DNA of 64,000 nt from Glycera tridactyla (taxonomy: Eukaryota). The notes under the pieces were generated by a model. That model was given only the letters and a program-made list of their open reading frames with translations. It was not told the origin of the DNA and did not search any database. Below are positions 13,123 to 25,170 of the stretch, piece after piece. Made by a program: the position numbers and the translations under genes. The stretch covers positions 106,888,001 to 106,952,000 of the forward strand of contig OZ286461.1 in NCBI GenBank assembly GCA_965644265.1, read 5' to 3'. Each line of letters starts with the position of its first letter. Position 1 is the first letter of the stretch.

Positions 13123-13611
13123 GGTGACGCACTGTCAGTGCTTGCCTCCTAGCTGCTCATAGTATGTGCGTGTTTTTAAGGATGGCTGTTTGCCAGCCTT
13201 GATGTAGATGAGGCAGATGAAGGATGCAAGAAAATTGTGTTGGAATTTTCCGATGCTTATTCATGGTGGCAGGGTATGCCAATTTTCAAATGACCACTCA
13301 GAGATGTTACATCCATTCAAAAAGTACCTTCATGCATTGATGACTAGTCTTTCAAAGCAGGGATTTTTTAGATAAATAACTGATAATTGTTCGTGCAGCT
13401 TGACACATGTGCTTTTTGTTTACATCTTTTCGCAAAATACTCTCGAACCCACACAGAAAAATTAGCGAAGTCTTTCACCAGCGAATACTTGACTGTTTCA
13501 GTGTGAAACACTCGTCACACTGCATGTATGCAGTTCATGCATTAACCACCATCGTCGTGTCAATATTCCCACTCACTCCATCGCCATTTTGGCGACATGG
13601 CGCAGATCTTG
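12936..13611. mobile_element. Putative non-autonomous element bounded by 59-bp inverted repeats
   Basis: 12936-12994 and 13553-13611 are reverse complements with 3 mismatches. No target-site duplication (TSD) found. Contains a (GT)n tract at 13064-13116. Confidence 0.6.
13181..13273 (+). other. Candidate 93-nt symmetric phase-1 coding exon (WLFASLDVDEADEGCKKIVLEFSDAYSWWQ), gene unknown
   Basis: Acceptor TTTTTAAG| at 13180, donor G|GTATGC at 13274, open frame with protein-like composition. Confidence 0.3.
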
Positions 13612-13667
13612 ATTGGACTCCCATGAGTCCCATATAAATACTTGTGGGAGAACGTGGACACGGGAGA

Positions 13668-13973
13668 TCAATTTGGGATATTGTACTGCTGTGGTCGTGT
13701 GCTAGTGTAAGAAGTGTACGTTGTCCACGCTCTCCCCACTTCTGAAACAACTGTATTGTCAATACTTGTTGTGAAGTGTGGAATGAAGATTGGAAACTCT
13801 ACATCTATTCGTCCTTCATCTATACTCATCAGGGAAGAGAGTTGTCGTCTACTCAAGCTGATATAATCGGAGGATCCCGAGTAATCCCCTATTACTATCC
13901 GAGTTGAGGAGATTCTATCTCTTCTATAGTCACCTAGATGGAGTTCAGTAGCCAGGACATCTTCTATAGCCAT
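13668..13973 (-). CDS. 101-aa ORF with weak resemblance to the PC4/Sub1 ssDNA-binding fold
   Basis: LHLGDYRR..RIVIGDY..YISLSRRQLSSLMSIDEGRID resembles the PC4 pattern F.LG..R...V.IREY...GISL...QW..L...ID. The ATG follows an upstream stop directly (TAAATG). Confidence 0.25.
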   Translation of the reverse strand: MAIEDVLATELHLGDYRRDRISSTRIVIGDYSGSSDYISLSRRQLSSLMSIDEGRIDVEFPIFIPHFTTSIDNTVVSEVGRAWTTYTSYTSTRPQQYNIPN

Positions 13974-14169
13974 TTACTTGAAGTTTAGTAGACGATAGAA
14001 ATCAGCTTGTGAGATATCACCCAAGCTCAGCACCATCACCACCTCCACCCCCAGCCACACTCCCACCCCTAACCACACCCCCGGCCACACCCCCACCCCT
14101 ACCCCACCACCCACCCACTCCCCCTCCCGGCCCCCACACACATGCACACACAAACCCCTCCACCGGGTC

Positions 14170-14740
14170 ATTACTTTTGGTGAGTTTGGTGCATCTCCAT
14201 CAATGCTAGTATGAGTCAGAGTGTAAAAAAAGAAAATTTATGAATAGCTCCTGTGACCTTGACTTTTGACCTAGGATCACATGCATTAAAAGGGAGATAT
14301 CTCATCTTCGAGTCAATACTTTGTGGAACTTTGGTGCATATCGATCAATGCTAACTTAAGTTGGAGTATAAATTAAATAGGAAAATCTATATAGGTCATG
14401 CGACCTTGACCTTTGACCCAGGGTCACATGCATCAGAAGAGAGGTGGCCTACCATTAGGTCATTACCTTGTGTAAGTTTGATGAATATCTATCGAGGCTA
14501 GCTTGACTTAGTGTAGAATAAGAAAATCTATAAATAGCTCCTGTGACCTTGGCCTTTGACCTCTGGGTACAAAATCAGATTCTGGAATATGATTTTTACA
14601 TGGATTATAGTTATGAAGTTTCATGAAAATTGGACCAGCCAATCCAAAGTTATTGCATGAAATGTGAGCTTCCAGACAGACGGACGGATGCTGGAGGTAA
14701 AACTGATATACCCTGCTTTTTCAAGAGTTGGGTATAAAAA
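14170..14740 (+). mobile_element. Non-autonomous Helentron-like (HINE/Pearl-type) element
   Basis: About 145-bp internal units with GTGACCTTGACCTTTGACC (14250, 14400, 14540), a (GACA/GGAC)n tract, and a 3' stem ATACCC..GGGTAT followed by AAAAA at 14708-14740. Confidence 0.75.
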
Positions 14741-15020
14741 TGTCAAGTTCAAGGTCATATTTCCAAGGTCAAGTGTTGCAAGGGCAAAAACCAATGCCTA
14801 TCACATCTACGCCTGATCTGAAGTCCACAGGTACAGATTATCCACTGTGGCAATGATATATTGGCCACAGCAGCACAGACAAACATTTCAAGTTGAAGAT
14901 CATACCTCCTAGGTCATAGGTCACAGGAGTCTAAAGTCATGCCTGTGCACACCTCCACCATATTGGCATTCCACAAATCGAATTTTGCTAATAAAGCATC
15001 AATACTTTAGCCACAGCTGC
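14741..15020 (-). mobile_element. Inverted fragment of a related HINE-type repeat
   Basis: Repeated CAAGGTCA/AGGTCA motifs, the reverse complement of TGACCTTG. Confidence 0.45.
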
Positions 15021-15050
15021 ATGCACAGAAATTTGTAGAGGGGCACACAT

Positions 15051-15086
<36 letters not shown>

Positions 15087-15499
15087 CTACTCACTCCCTC
15101 CCCCCCACACACACATACATACACACATTTGAGGAGATGATTGGAGTGCAAACTTGTGTTTGACCTTGGAGTTGATGTGATAGACTACATGCCATCATCA
15201 ATGACTCCAGAAAAGATGTTGATTACGGAAAGGTGTTACATAACACAGGTAGAGAAACAAGAGAGACAATGTCAGTTTCCAAAGAATGCCAAATTTGATT
15301 ACTCCAGAATAGATGTCGATTGTGAAGAGGTCTTTCTCAACACAGGCAGAGAAATAAAAGAGGCATGGTCAGTTTCCATGTGGTCTCATGCAATGCAGAC
15401 AGAGTGAATGGGTTAAGCTGTCTCAAAGAATTCCAAACTCACAAATAAAAAAGTCTTCTTTTCCCTCAGAATTTCCTAACTTTATGGGATAGATCATGA

Positions 15500-15728
15500 A
15501 GAAGAATGCACTCATGTTGTCCGACTACTGATGCATATTTATACAAAATTTGAAGAATGTAGGTGCAATATCAACTGAGTGAGGCTTCAAAGAAAAACTT
15601 CAACCTAAAAGTTTACGTTCTATGAAGTGATGACCGGACAGACGGACAGACGGACAGATGCAACCAAACAGACAGATCACCTGCATGATTACATAGACTC
15701 GCATTTTGCTTCGCATGCAAGCCAAAAA
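15500..15728 (+). mobile_element. 3' end of a second HINE-type element
   Basis: AAATTTGAAGAA unit, (GGACAGAC)n tract, terminal stem and AAAAA. Confidence 0.55.
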
Positions 15729-15875
15729 TGAGGTCTCGCTGCCTCAATGCTTGTATTCATTTAGCCTTTTGGGGTGGTCGGTTTCCGTCGAGTACATTTG
15801 GGTCACGCCCACTTGAGCAGAGGATGAAATGAGCTCCACGCAAACTGACCACCCGTATAGAAAACGTTGGGAACG

Positions 15876-16815
15876 ATCTGGATCTGGTATCTGGATCTGG
15901 ATCTGGATCTGGATCTGGTAGGTATGGTGAGGGCCAATACTGGCGTATACACCGGGGTTAGGGAGTGTGCAGTGAAGAAAAGCTAGTCTCGTTTGAGGAG
16001 ACTCGACTTGAATGCTCCTAGTGTGGTCGCTAGGGTTGAGTCGTCGCTTGGGTTATTCCAGTCCACTATAGTCCGTGGGAGAAAAGCGTTGTTAAATTGC
16101 TCTGTTCTGCCTAACTGAAACTTAAGGCACCGAGAGTTATTCCTTGTAGACTTTTCTGCTGATATTAGCGTGATATAGTCTTTGAGGGCAGTCGGTTTTA
16201 CTCTGCGCCTTCTTGCGGTATCTAGTTGTATGAAATCATCTGAGTTTATTGCCGGCACCTGTCCATTCACTACTTTGAAGAGTAGGGAGAGCCTTATGAT
16301 TTTTCTTCTGTCTCTAAGCGGTAGTAGGTCGAGCTGTTCCATTTTACCAGTAATGAAACCTTCCTTTTTATTGGAGTAATCGCCTACAATGAAATGTATG
16401 GCTTTCCTTTGAATTTGTTCAAGCTTGTCTATGTCTTTGGTGTATAAAGGGTCCCATACACTAGCTGCATATTCCAAGGTAGATCTTATCAAGGATATGT
16501 ATGCAAGCTTTTTACAATTCATGGGACATGATTTCAAGTTTCCACGAAGGAGGCCCAGCGTCGATGATGCCCGCCCTGCTATATTCGATATATGAGGTAC
16601 CCATTTAAGGTCTTCAGACAAGAGTACCCCTAGGTAGGGATTCTGGTTTACTTGCTGGAGGGTTTGGTCGCATATATTATAGAAGCGTGAGGATTTTTGT
16701 TTTACACTGAGAATATAACACTTCCGTGCATTGAAGCGCATTCCCCACAGCTTAGCCCACTTCTCCAGCTCATTGAGATCATTTTGTAATATTACTAATT
16801 TTTGTGCCAAAGTGT
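15876..16815 (-). mobile_element. 5'-truncated CR1-like LINE (RT C-terminal half, open frame) with (CCAGAT)n tail
   Basis: ORF 15983-16840: LQNDLNELEKWAKLWGMRFNARKC..PYLGVLLSEDLKW..IRSTLEYAASVWDP..LEQIQRKA. Short 3' UTR and hexamer tail at 15876-15918. Confidence 0.92.
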
Positions 16816-17841
16816 CTTCCAGACTCCACACAAACTTCATCTTTGCTCAACATGGAGGAAAATGCTATTGAGAGAGCGCTATCAAAGAAAACGCTAGTTG
16901 ACAGATAGTTTCACAGGAAAAATTACCACTCGAAGTGGGAACTGTCGTGTTAGAGAATCCAAGCTGGCGGTGTTTGTTCACATCTTCGAAACTGCCGATC
17001 TGATCGCCAATTTTTATCAGAACTGAAGCTTTATTGTGTTCCTATCAGCCAGATATGACTCTTTGTGTTCTATAGTGATCCTAATTGATTAAATGATTCA
17101 CTGAATTGCCATCTTATTGCTGTTGTCAATAACTGTCCGTGCAATCCACTTTGTTGATCCTTCTCCCGGGCATTGAGTCAGAAATTTCACGGCTATCTCT
17201 GCTGAATGGAAAACTCTCGAATTTCCTCGCTCGCTATCTGCCTCGTTATTCGATATTCTGTTATGGCACTTTGCTTGAACATAATTAATTTCTAATTGAA
17301 GATGTGACCTGCAGTATTATCGACCTAGTGGGCTGGTTCTGGTGCGGTGCTAGATGAGATATTTTACTCTGTAACTGCTCGTGCGATTAAGTAACATGAA
17401 ACTTATGCCTTTTACTTCTGCCAGTCATGTCCTGTCCCACCGTCCGTTTCCCATATTCAACTCAATCACCAAGTCATCTAATTTTTCCTTCTTGATTTGT
17501 ACCATCATATACACATGCATTCTAAACTCTGTACCATGACCCTGCTATGTACATTCGCATTCTGTAAAATTTTGTGATATTTCTCTTCGTGAGATACGTA
17601 CAATGAATATATACTGTTGATTTGATTTTAAATTTTTATCCTAAATCGTCGAAGCACAAATAAGCAAGTACAAAGAGACATTACTCATCTGCGGTCTGAC
17701 GATACATTCACAAAATTCAAATACGAAGGCAATAAAGGCGATGATAATGAATGCGAGAACGAGGATGAAATATGAGTGAAATGGTCATCATACTAAAAAT
17801 GTTTCATAATAATGATAATTACACATGGTCAAATTGATGGT

Positions 17842-20800
17842 TTACCGGTTGTGAGTTTCTTTGGTATATCTCTCAAAGGATTCCGTTGGCATTACATTCA
17901 TATTTGGATGGGTATGAACAAATTCATTCCAGCGTCTCACCCATCTGTGTCGGAAATTCCTCTCACATAAGGTGTACCGAACACGTTCAATTTTCAAAAA
18001 TGGATGACACCTGAGATAATCCACATATAGGATCATTTTAGAAGTTACCACATAATATATTATTTATATGAATTAATTCATGTTCACATCTTCTTACAGA
18101 GTCTTGATTTCTGAGTAATACACCTCATAGCAACATTCTGAACTTTCTGCAGAGTGTATGAGTCGCCTCGGGCAAGACAATTGAAGACAACGTCCCCGTA
18201 GTTGAATATAGGGAGAATCAGTGTGCGATATAATTTCAGAGCCATATTTTGGCTTAATATCGGCCGAAGTCTGCTCAACACCCCAGTTTTAGTGATTGTT
18301 CTCCTTTTCACATGTAATACATGACTTTTGAAAGTGAGAATAGGGTCCAGGACAATCCCGAGATAACACATCTTATCCATCAGTAAATACAAATATATTA
18401 TCAAAGACAGGTGATTTACTTGGGGCCTAAAATCATGAGCTTCGTTTTTTCACATTCAGAGAGTTTGTTTAAACGCATCCATTGTGTAACAGATAACATT
18501 ATTGTGTTCAGTGAATATTGCATGACTACTGGATCTTCAGATACCATGCGGATGGCCATGCCATCGGTATATAACTGGCATGACATTTCAGATGGTCGTA
18601 TAATAGTAATATTACCAGATTCTCGCAGGTTGTGATGCGTGGCGTTCCCCAAATAGTGGGGTAAGTCAATTATGCACAGGCTAAACAATAATGGACCCAA
18701 TATAGAACCTTGTGGAATACCGCATGTCACACCTCAAGGCTCCGAGAGTTGAGATCTGGTCCATACCTCATGATGACAATTTGCGTATGAGGAGCGCATG
18801 GTCCACCATATCGAAGGCTTTTTTTCAGGTCCAGGAAGACCATCCCAGTTACACCCCCCCCCCCCCCCCCCGATACATACCAAGTTTACATTATCTAGGT
18901 ATTCGAGCTGGCAGGTGCCAGTCGAACGGCCCCTCCTGAACCCTGATTGCTCACGACACAGCAGACTCATGCGCTCCACATAATCATACAGTTGTTGGTG
19001 CAATAAACATTCTAATATTTTGCTCGATGGAATAATAAGCTGATTGGCCTATAATTACAGGGCTTTGAATGGTCGACTTCCTTGAAGAGGGGCACGACGG
19101 TAGCTGTTTTCCAGAGTTGTCCCTTTCTGATACTAGCATTGAAAATATCTCGCAGTGATGGTGCCAAGACAGATTTGCAATCAACAATGACTCTGATAGG
19201 GATCTTCCCACCCAGCTTTGTTCACATACAAAGTCTTAATGACATCATTCACATCTTGCAATCAGACTTCTTTAAAAGTAAAGCAGTCAGTATAAATAAA
19301 ACTGAGGTCCGACATTGGGTCACCATGGCCACTTTGTATGAGCTATGACAGATTGTTTCCAATATTTGCAAAAAAATCATTCAATTCATTTGCTATTTCC
19401 TTGGGTTCTGTTTCATCGTTTATTTCGGTTATGTGACTACTCCCTCTGCTATCTTTCCCGAAATCTCTTATGATTTTCCATAGTTTCCGATTGTTATTCT
19501 TATTCCATTTGATTTTCGAGGTATTCTTTCTATAGTTTTTGCTTTAATTCCTTGGTCTGTGATAATAGGCGATTTTTTTTAGGTTAGATGCTCATCAGAA
19601 GGTTCTAATTTGTACATATGAGTCGCTTTTTCTCTCTGCCTTACAGATCTAAAAACTCTCCGGTGACCCAGTCCGGACATCCCTCCTGCACACAGTATCT
19701 TTTGAGTGGAATGGCACCATTCACAACAGTTCCTACACACTTAAATGTAAATTGAGTGTGAAGATCCACATCATGTATATCGCCTCCCAAGTACTCCATA
19801 TCAGATACAGCCTTGTTTATACCTTGGGCCAATTTGGTATGATCTACCTTTTTGAAGTTACGCAAATAGATATATTTCTTTTCACGTGATTGTCTTGCTT
19901 TTTTTCTCGTTGTGATAATTAAACTGTGATCTGATAGACCACGATCCACCGCGCTGGCTATTCTGTAGAGATTGAGATTTGGGTAAGAAATGTAGATGTT
20001 GTCAATACAAGTGGAGCTCGTTTCGGTAACTCGTGTCTGGGTTTTGATGATTTGTCTTAATTGTCTTGATTCCCCCACATTCTCAACGGGCTTCTTGGAT
20101 AATCCTTGTTTTGGAAATTTTTGATTCATATCTCCAAGAATTGATAGATCACATCTTGCAAGTGATCTGATATCTAGTACCTTGTTCTCTGTTCAGTTGC
20201 TCCATGAAATCAAAATTACGAACAGAGCAAAATAGCCTGGCACTTTGTGCGATGTGAGCAGCTAGCAGTTAACAACCTCATTCTATGGGAATTGTTTGTT
20301 CGTTTGTTTGGGTTCAACATCCTTCAAACATTTTTGGGTCACATCAGACGGAGGAACTGACAATGCTGAAGAAAAGTGGCACCTCTGCGGGGGGTCAATC
20401 CTCTACTTTTTGCGAAGGACGGCAGTGGTTTATTCATTCGCATACATGGATAGATTCCAGCCTTTGGCATCCCAGTCCTCATCCAGTGGTTCAGCATGCA
20501 CATGAATTATATTCGTCTCAATTCTCTAAATTCATCGAATCAAGCTTCTTATGGATCAACTTCCATGAAAATTTGTGTTATACTTTCAAAATCGTTATAC
20601 TTTTTATTGATGAGTGATAGTTTTCCTACAATCAAACAACAAAGTGAGATGAGTAGCGATAAGGAATTCCTCTTCATTTTCAGTACATGCGAATGAACGA
20701 AAAGTGTATTTCCTATCCTCTTCTATTCATTGCTCTAACGGAGTCTTTGTTGCCCTGTTTCGATCTGATGCGATAGAATCTAGTTAGATTGTTCCTTGCC

Positions 20801-21050
20801 TATCTATTCTGACAAAGTTGCTCAATCTGGAGCTTTATTCTTGATTTCAAGTCTTAATAATGGATGTCCAACCTAGAGTAATTTCAGCCGGTACATCAGC
20901 CACATCATTCACAAGAATTCAACTATGGCTTGAAATCCAACGAACACAGACTGCCTTCTGATAATCTTTGATTATTCGACACTTTTTTCGAGATTCACAA
21001 GAGTATACGGGACTCTTAATATGACACCACTGAATTATTCATGAGCAGCC
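17842..21050 (-). mobile_element. Degenerate near-full-length CR1/L2-clade LINE (APE endonuclease plus RT, with frameshifts)
   Basis: APE motifs ILGDMN, TCIDNIY and GLSDHSLI; RT motifs QSGFRRGRST, GIPQGSILGPLLFSL, YLGIVLDP..F and LQKVQNVAMR. The 5' boundary is approximate. Confidence 0.9.
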
Positions 21051-22149
21051 AGAATGAGACCATGCTGTCCAAACATACCCACGCACACAAAGAATGACTA
21101 CCAACTATAGTGACCATGGTGCTTCAGAACATTCTCCTTTGTTGATGAATATGTCAAATTGGTATCAATTCAGCTTGAATTAGGCATAAATCAAAAAGTG
21201 TGAGTGTACAGATGAAGTGCATTTCTGTGTTCTAAAAGTTGGGTGGAAGTAATTCACCCCACCTTACTACTAACTTCCCAATATCTCCCTCAGTTGTCTT
21301 TCACCAAGTTTTTGAAATCAGGGGAATATGATTCAGTCCCTGCACACAAAACTATCCATCACCAATGAATCAGGACCAGGTATATATCTTCAGTGGCAGC
21401 TGAATTAACAATGTATTGGATTGGTTAAAAGCTGATTCAAATTAGAGGTTGATGAGAGACAGATGTCATGACTGTGGGATGGGGTTGACCAGATATCAGA
21501 ATGAACCCTCCGCATGTAGGGGTGAGGATGCTGCTACCCTAGTTGCTGTCCACTGCACCCCTCCACCCTAATCAGGTCACCACTCTAGTCTTACGCTGAT
21601 CTGCAATCCAATCTTTGGATGACCAGTGTAAGGGGTTGAGGCAGGGGGATAAGATAGGCAGGGACACCTGCATCCCCTGCCCATCCCAAGCTGCTGTCAC
21701 CCCGGTGGTATCACACATATCCAGCCCATCTCCTCTAGCCTGATCCACCGATGAATTCATCACGAAAATTCACACAGTTATCCATCATTTTGAACTCACA
21801 GCCTTAGCCAAACTTCATAACCATCACTCCTAACTACATTCTAGTTCCTATATTGTGTAAATGTTTGGTATTCGAGTCATAGTAATTTCTGAAGTGATCA
21901 GCCTTGGATGAATCACTGTGCAGTGCACAAATCCTTTCTTCTTCAAAGATTCAAGAAAAAAAGTTATATGGACCTGATTCCCTATTCTTCTGAGTTTTAG
22001 TATGGTACCCTAGGATAAAGTAATTCAAACAACCTCCTTGAAATTTGATACATTCATTCGATGAATCAGTGGTACCCTGTATGCTGAGAGTGATGACATG
22101 TGGGTTCTGGGGGCGTTTGGACAGGCTAGTCTTGCTTTGGGAGTGGAAT

Positions 22150-22985
22150 GCGGAGCATGCATTTATTTTCAGAGTCCCGTATAGAGTTCTTGAGACTACC
22201 TCGAGAGGCCTGCAAAGATGATAGATGATCTGTGAAGATTAAAAACTTCTGTTTCTATAGGCGATGGAATTGCTCTTTTCGTCATGGGCACTTTCATATT
22301 CAGCGGAATGGGATTTTATGTACATGTAGTTCAAAAACCCGTGCTCTGAGCAAGATTCAAGATATGCGTGCATTGTGATGAGGGTCATATTCGATCGCCA
22401 GCAACAGTTCAGCATTACCAATAGTTGCTATTGAGTACGTTTGCTATCTTATGTTGATCATCAGTATCATCAACATTCAATTAATGGGTATTCCTGTTTC
22501 TTATTGCAGAGTCAAAAACTTCTGATCAAATTCCAACTCTTCTCAGGATATCGGGCAAATCTTATATTTGTTTCATGCTGTAATTTTGTTTGAGCTGCTC
22601 TTGTAAGTGGTGGGGCAGCAACAGGCAACAGCTTCTCTTTCTGGTGTTTTGGTAAGTATGGTGGGGTGCCTATGATAGGATGTGGCATCTTTTATTTAGC
22701 CTGGATTCCCGTCTCTTGGTTCAAGGCAAAAGTGGGACGGTTCGTGATGAAGGTGTCTAGAAATCAGAATGTATAATTTCATATCTGCATTGACCATTTG
22801 ATCAAAATCCTCAAATGAGTCGATATCAAAATCCAAGTAAGCAATATCCGAGCAAGAGCTCTTTCATCAAGATTCTGACAGAACCGGCAGAGGACATTCC
22901 CTTTTGCTTTACCAAACTTTGTATTTTCCTGGCTGTATTTACTAGGTGATGGTCACTGAAACCAAGATCAACTGATCTTGAGACC
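22150..22985 (-). mobile_element. Decayed CR1/L2-type LINE remnant (APE end and linker)
   Basis: DLGFSDHHLVNTARK, PEKSWNLIRSF and DDQHKIANVLNSNY, in broken frames. Confidence 0.6.
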
Positions 22986-23077
22986 GGAAATTTGTCTTTA
23001 TCGTCATCTCCCGAACATCAGCCGAACACCAGCACGACATTGATAAGAGCATGATGGAGTCATTGGAGAGGACCTAC

Positions 23078-24557
23078 CTTGGCATCCGAGCAGGATGGGG
23101 GGAATGGATGAGAGCATCCTTCCTGCATGTGATGATGGCATGTGACAGGTGACATTCTGCAGTTGTATACCATTATACCAGCGTGTCCAACACATACCGA
23201 TACGACAGTCAATCTCATTGCCGGACAGTAGGACGTACAGCACATCAATCAAGGATCCAGGTAGGTTGGGGATATTGCGCCCCGAATATATAGGTGGGGG
23301 AACTGCGCCATAATGACTCAAGCCCAAATCAATCGTTACCAGGAGGTTGTTTCTTAAATCCAATTTTTGTAGAAGATTACATGAAGCCGATATTGTGAAC
23401 GTTTCTAGTAGGTTGTTTGAAACACTGAGCTGTTTCAGATTACGAAACCTCCTCAACATCATTGGCTCAATATATGAGATTCGGTTATGACCAACATGAA
23501 GTGTTACTAGTGCACGGCCACGTATGTTGGGGAAGTCATCAATTTGATTTCTATTTAATGAAAGCACTATTAGATTGGGGAACGAGAAGACTTCAGTCGG
23601 TTCAGTCGAAATAATATTTTCGATTATTGAATTTATGCCATTGAGAGTGTAATTTGGGAATCTTTTGATTTGATTTGAATCGAAATATAGATACCTCGCA
23701 TACTTCAGGCGCTGTAAATCACCTAGACCAATGTACTGAAGTGTGTTGTTCTCAGCATTGAAAGAATACAGCGAAAATATCACTGGAAGGACAGGAATAT
23801 GCGTGAGGGAGTTGTGGGCTAATTCCATATACAGAACATTCACTGCATTTGCCATAGTGTGTCCTACGCCTACCGGTCCAAGATTACAATGACTAAGATC
23901 CATACTTTCAATCAAAGAGAATCTGAAATTCCCATTTGGTGCAAACTTCACATGCGAGCCTTGATAGATATCAAGTTCCCGTAGTTCATTCAAACCAAGG
24001 AGGCAGTATTCCGGAATTTCGTTTCCATCATCATATCCGTTGTAGATACCCTTGTAATATTCCAATAATGGCGTGTGGGGGCCAATGCATGGAAAAGTAT
24101 GTATTTTGCTAAAGGAAGTATCGAACTGTTTCAGTGACGAAAGACCCGCGAATGTTGACTGATGAAATATCATCCTCTGATCATTGAACATTATTAGCAG
24201 AGTTCTCAAGTTCCCGAGTCCCTCGAATGTACCACTCTGAAGTTCGGTCAGATTATTATGAGATAAATCCAGGTCGGTAAGATGTGTACAGTTGGAAAAC
24301 GCACCAGGTTTGATTAGGTTAATAACGTTCCAGCTGAGATCTAGATAGACTAGATTGCGATCACATCCAGGGAGTTCGATTATCTCAGTAAGCATATTAT
24401 TGTAGAGGTAAAGGCGAGTCGTCGCTGAGGGTATATCTTGTGGGAAGGTTGAGAGATCGAACCCATTCAGGTAGAGTTCAGATCCCGCCACTGTTTTGCA
24501 GGCCACCAGGAGCCAATATGTCAATATGCCAATAGCTCTGGCATTAGAACACTCCAT
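23078..24557 (-). CDS. LRR ectodomain exon 1: signal peptide, LRRs and LRRCT (493 codons plus 1 nt)
   Basis: Acceptor TTTCAG|ATG at 24557. Repeated LxxLxLxxNxL. LRRCT NEIDCRIGMCW..TCHMPSSHAG..GC. Donor AAG|GTAGGT at 23078/23077. Confidence 0.9.
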
Positions 24558-24992
24558 CTGAAAGCACCATAAATGGTCCAAGCACACTCAAATATCACAC
24601 ATAGCTTCCACTACCCACCGTAGTAGAATTCCAGTAGGATAACTGATTTGCTTTAACATCTGACATGTGGAATATTAGTTATCCTTTGAAAATTTCTCAT
24701 CAGAATTAAAAGAATCATTTATGTCTATGTTCACAGAAAGCTGGACGCATGTGTGAAGACGATAAGTCGGTATGTTTGATAGTTTCTTCACAAGTTGGCT
24801 TTGTATATGTCGGTAAGCTGTACCGACTAGAATGCCAGTAAATAAGCCAGTTAGTATTCAGTACAAAGAAATCGATCTACACTGTGAAATGAATCAACCC
24901 AGAGGGAAAGTAGCTTTTGGTAAGTGATGTGCCCCTTTCGGTATGACTAGATGCAATCTCATATCGCAGGATAAAACCGAAGATGTACTCAC

Positions 24993-25170
24993 ATTTGGTG
25001 CCTTTGTCAGCAGAAGGGTGACTCTCTAACTTGTGCGCGACACAAGTGAAAGGATGGAGAGCTATGACCAGTGTCAAGAACATCGGAATGAACAGCAGAG
25101 GATATGAAGTGACGGGAAGTGGAGTATTGTAGATGTCGCGATTCTCTGCACTAGAACAGTGCCACTTTTG
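24993..25170 (-). other. Candidate upstream (leader) exon of LRR copy 1
   Basis: Donor AAAT|GTGAGT at 24993/24992. Contains ATG-MFLTLVIALHPFTCVA. Its 5' boundary is uncertain. Confidence 0.35.

Noticed and set aside
16816-17420. Possible LINE ORF1 remnant upstream of the truncated RT
   Set aside because: Only a short AVKFL-type motif in broken frames, which is too little to support a call.
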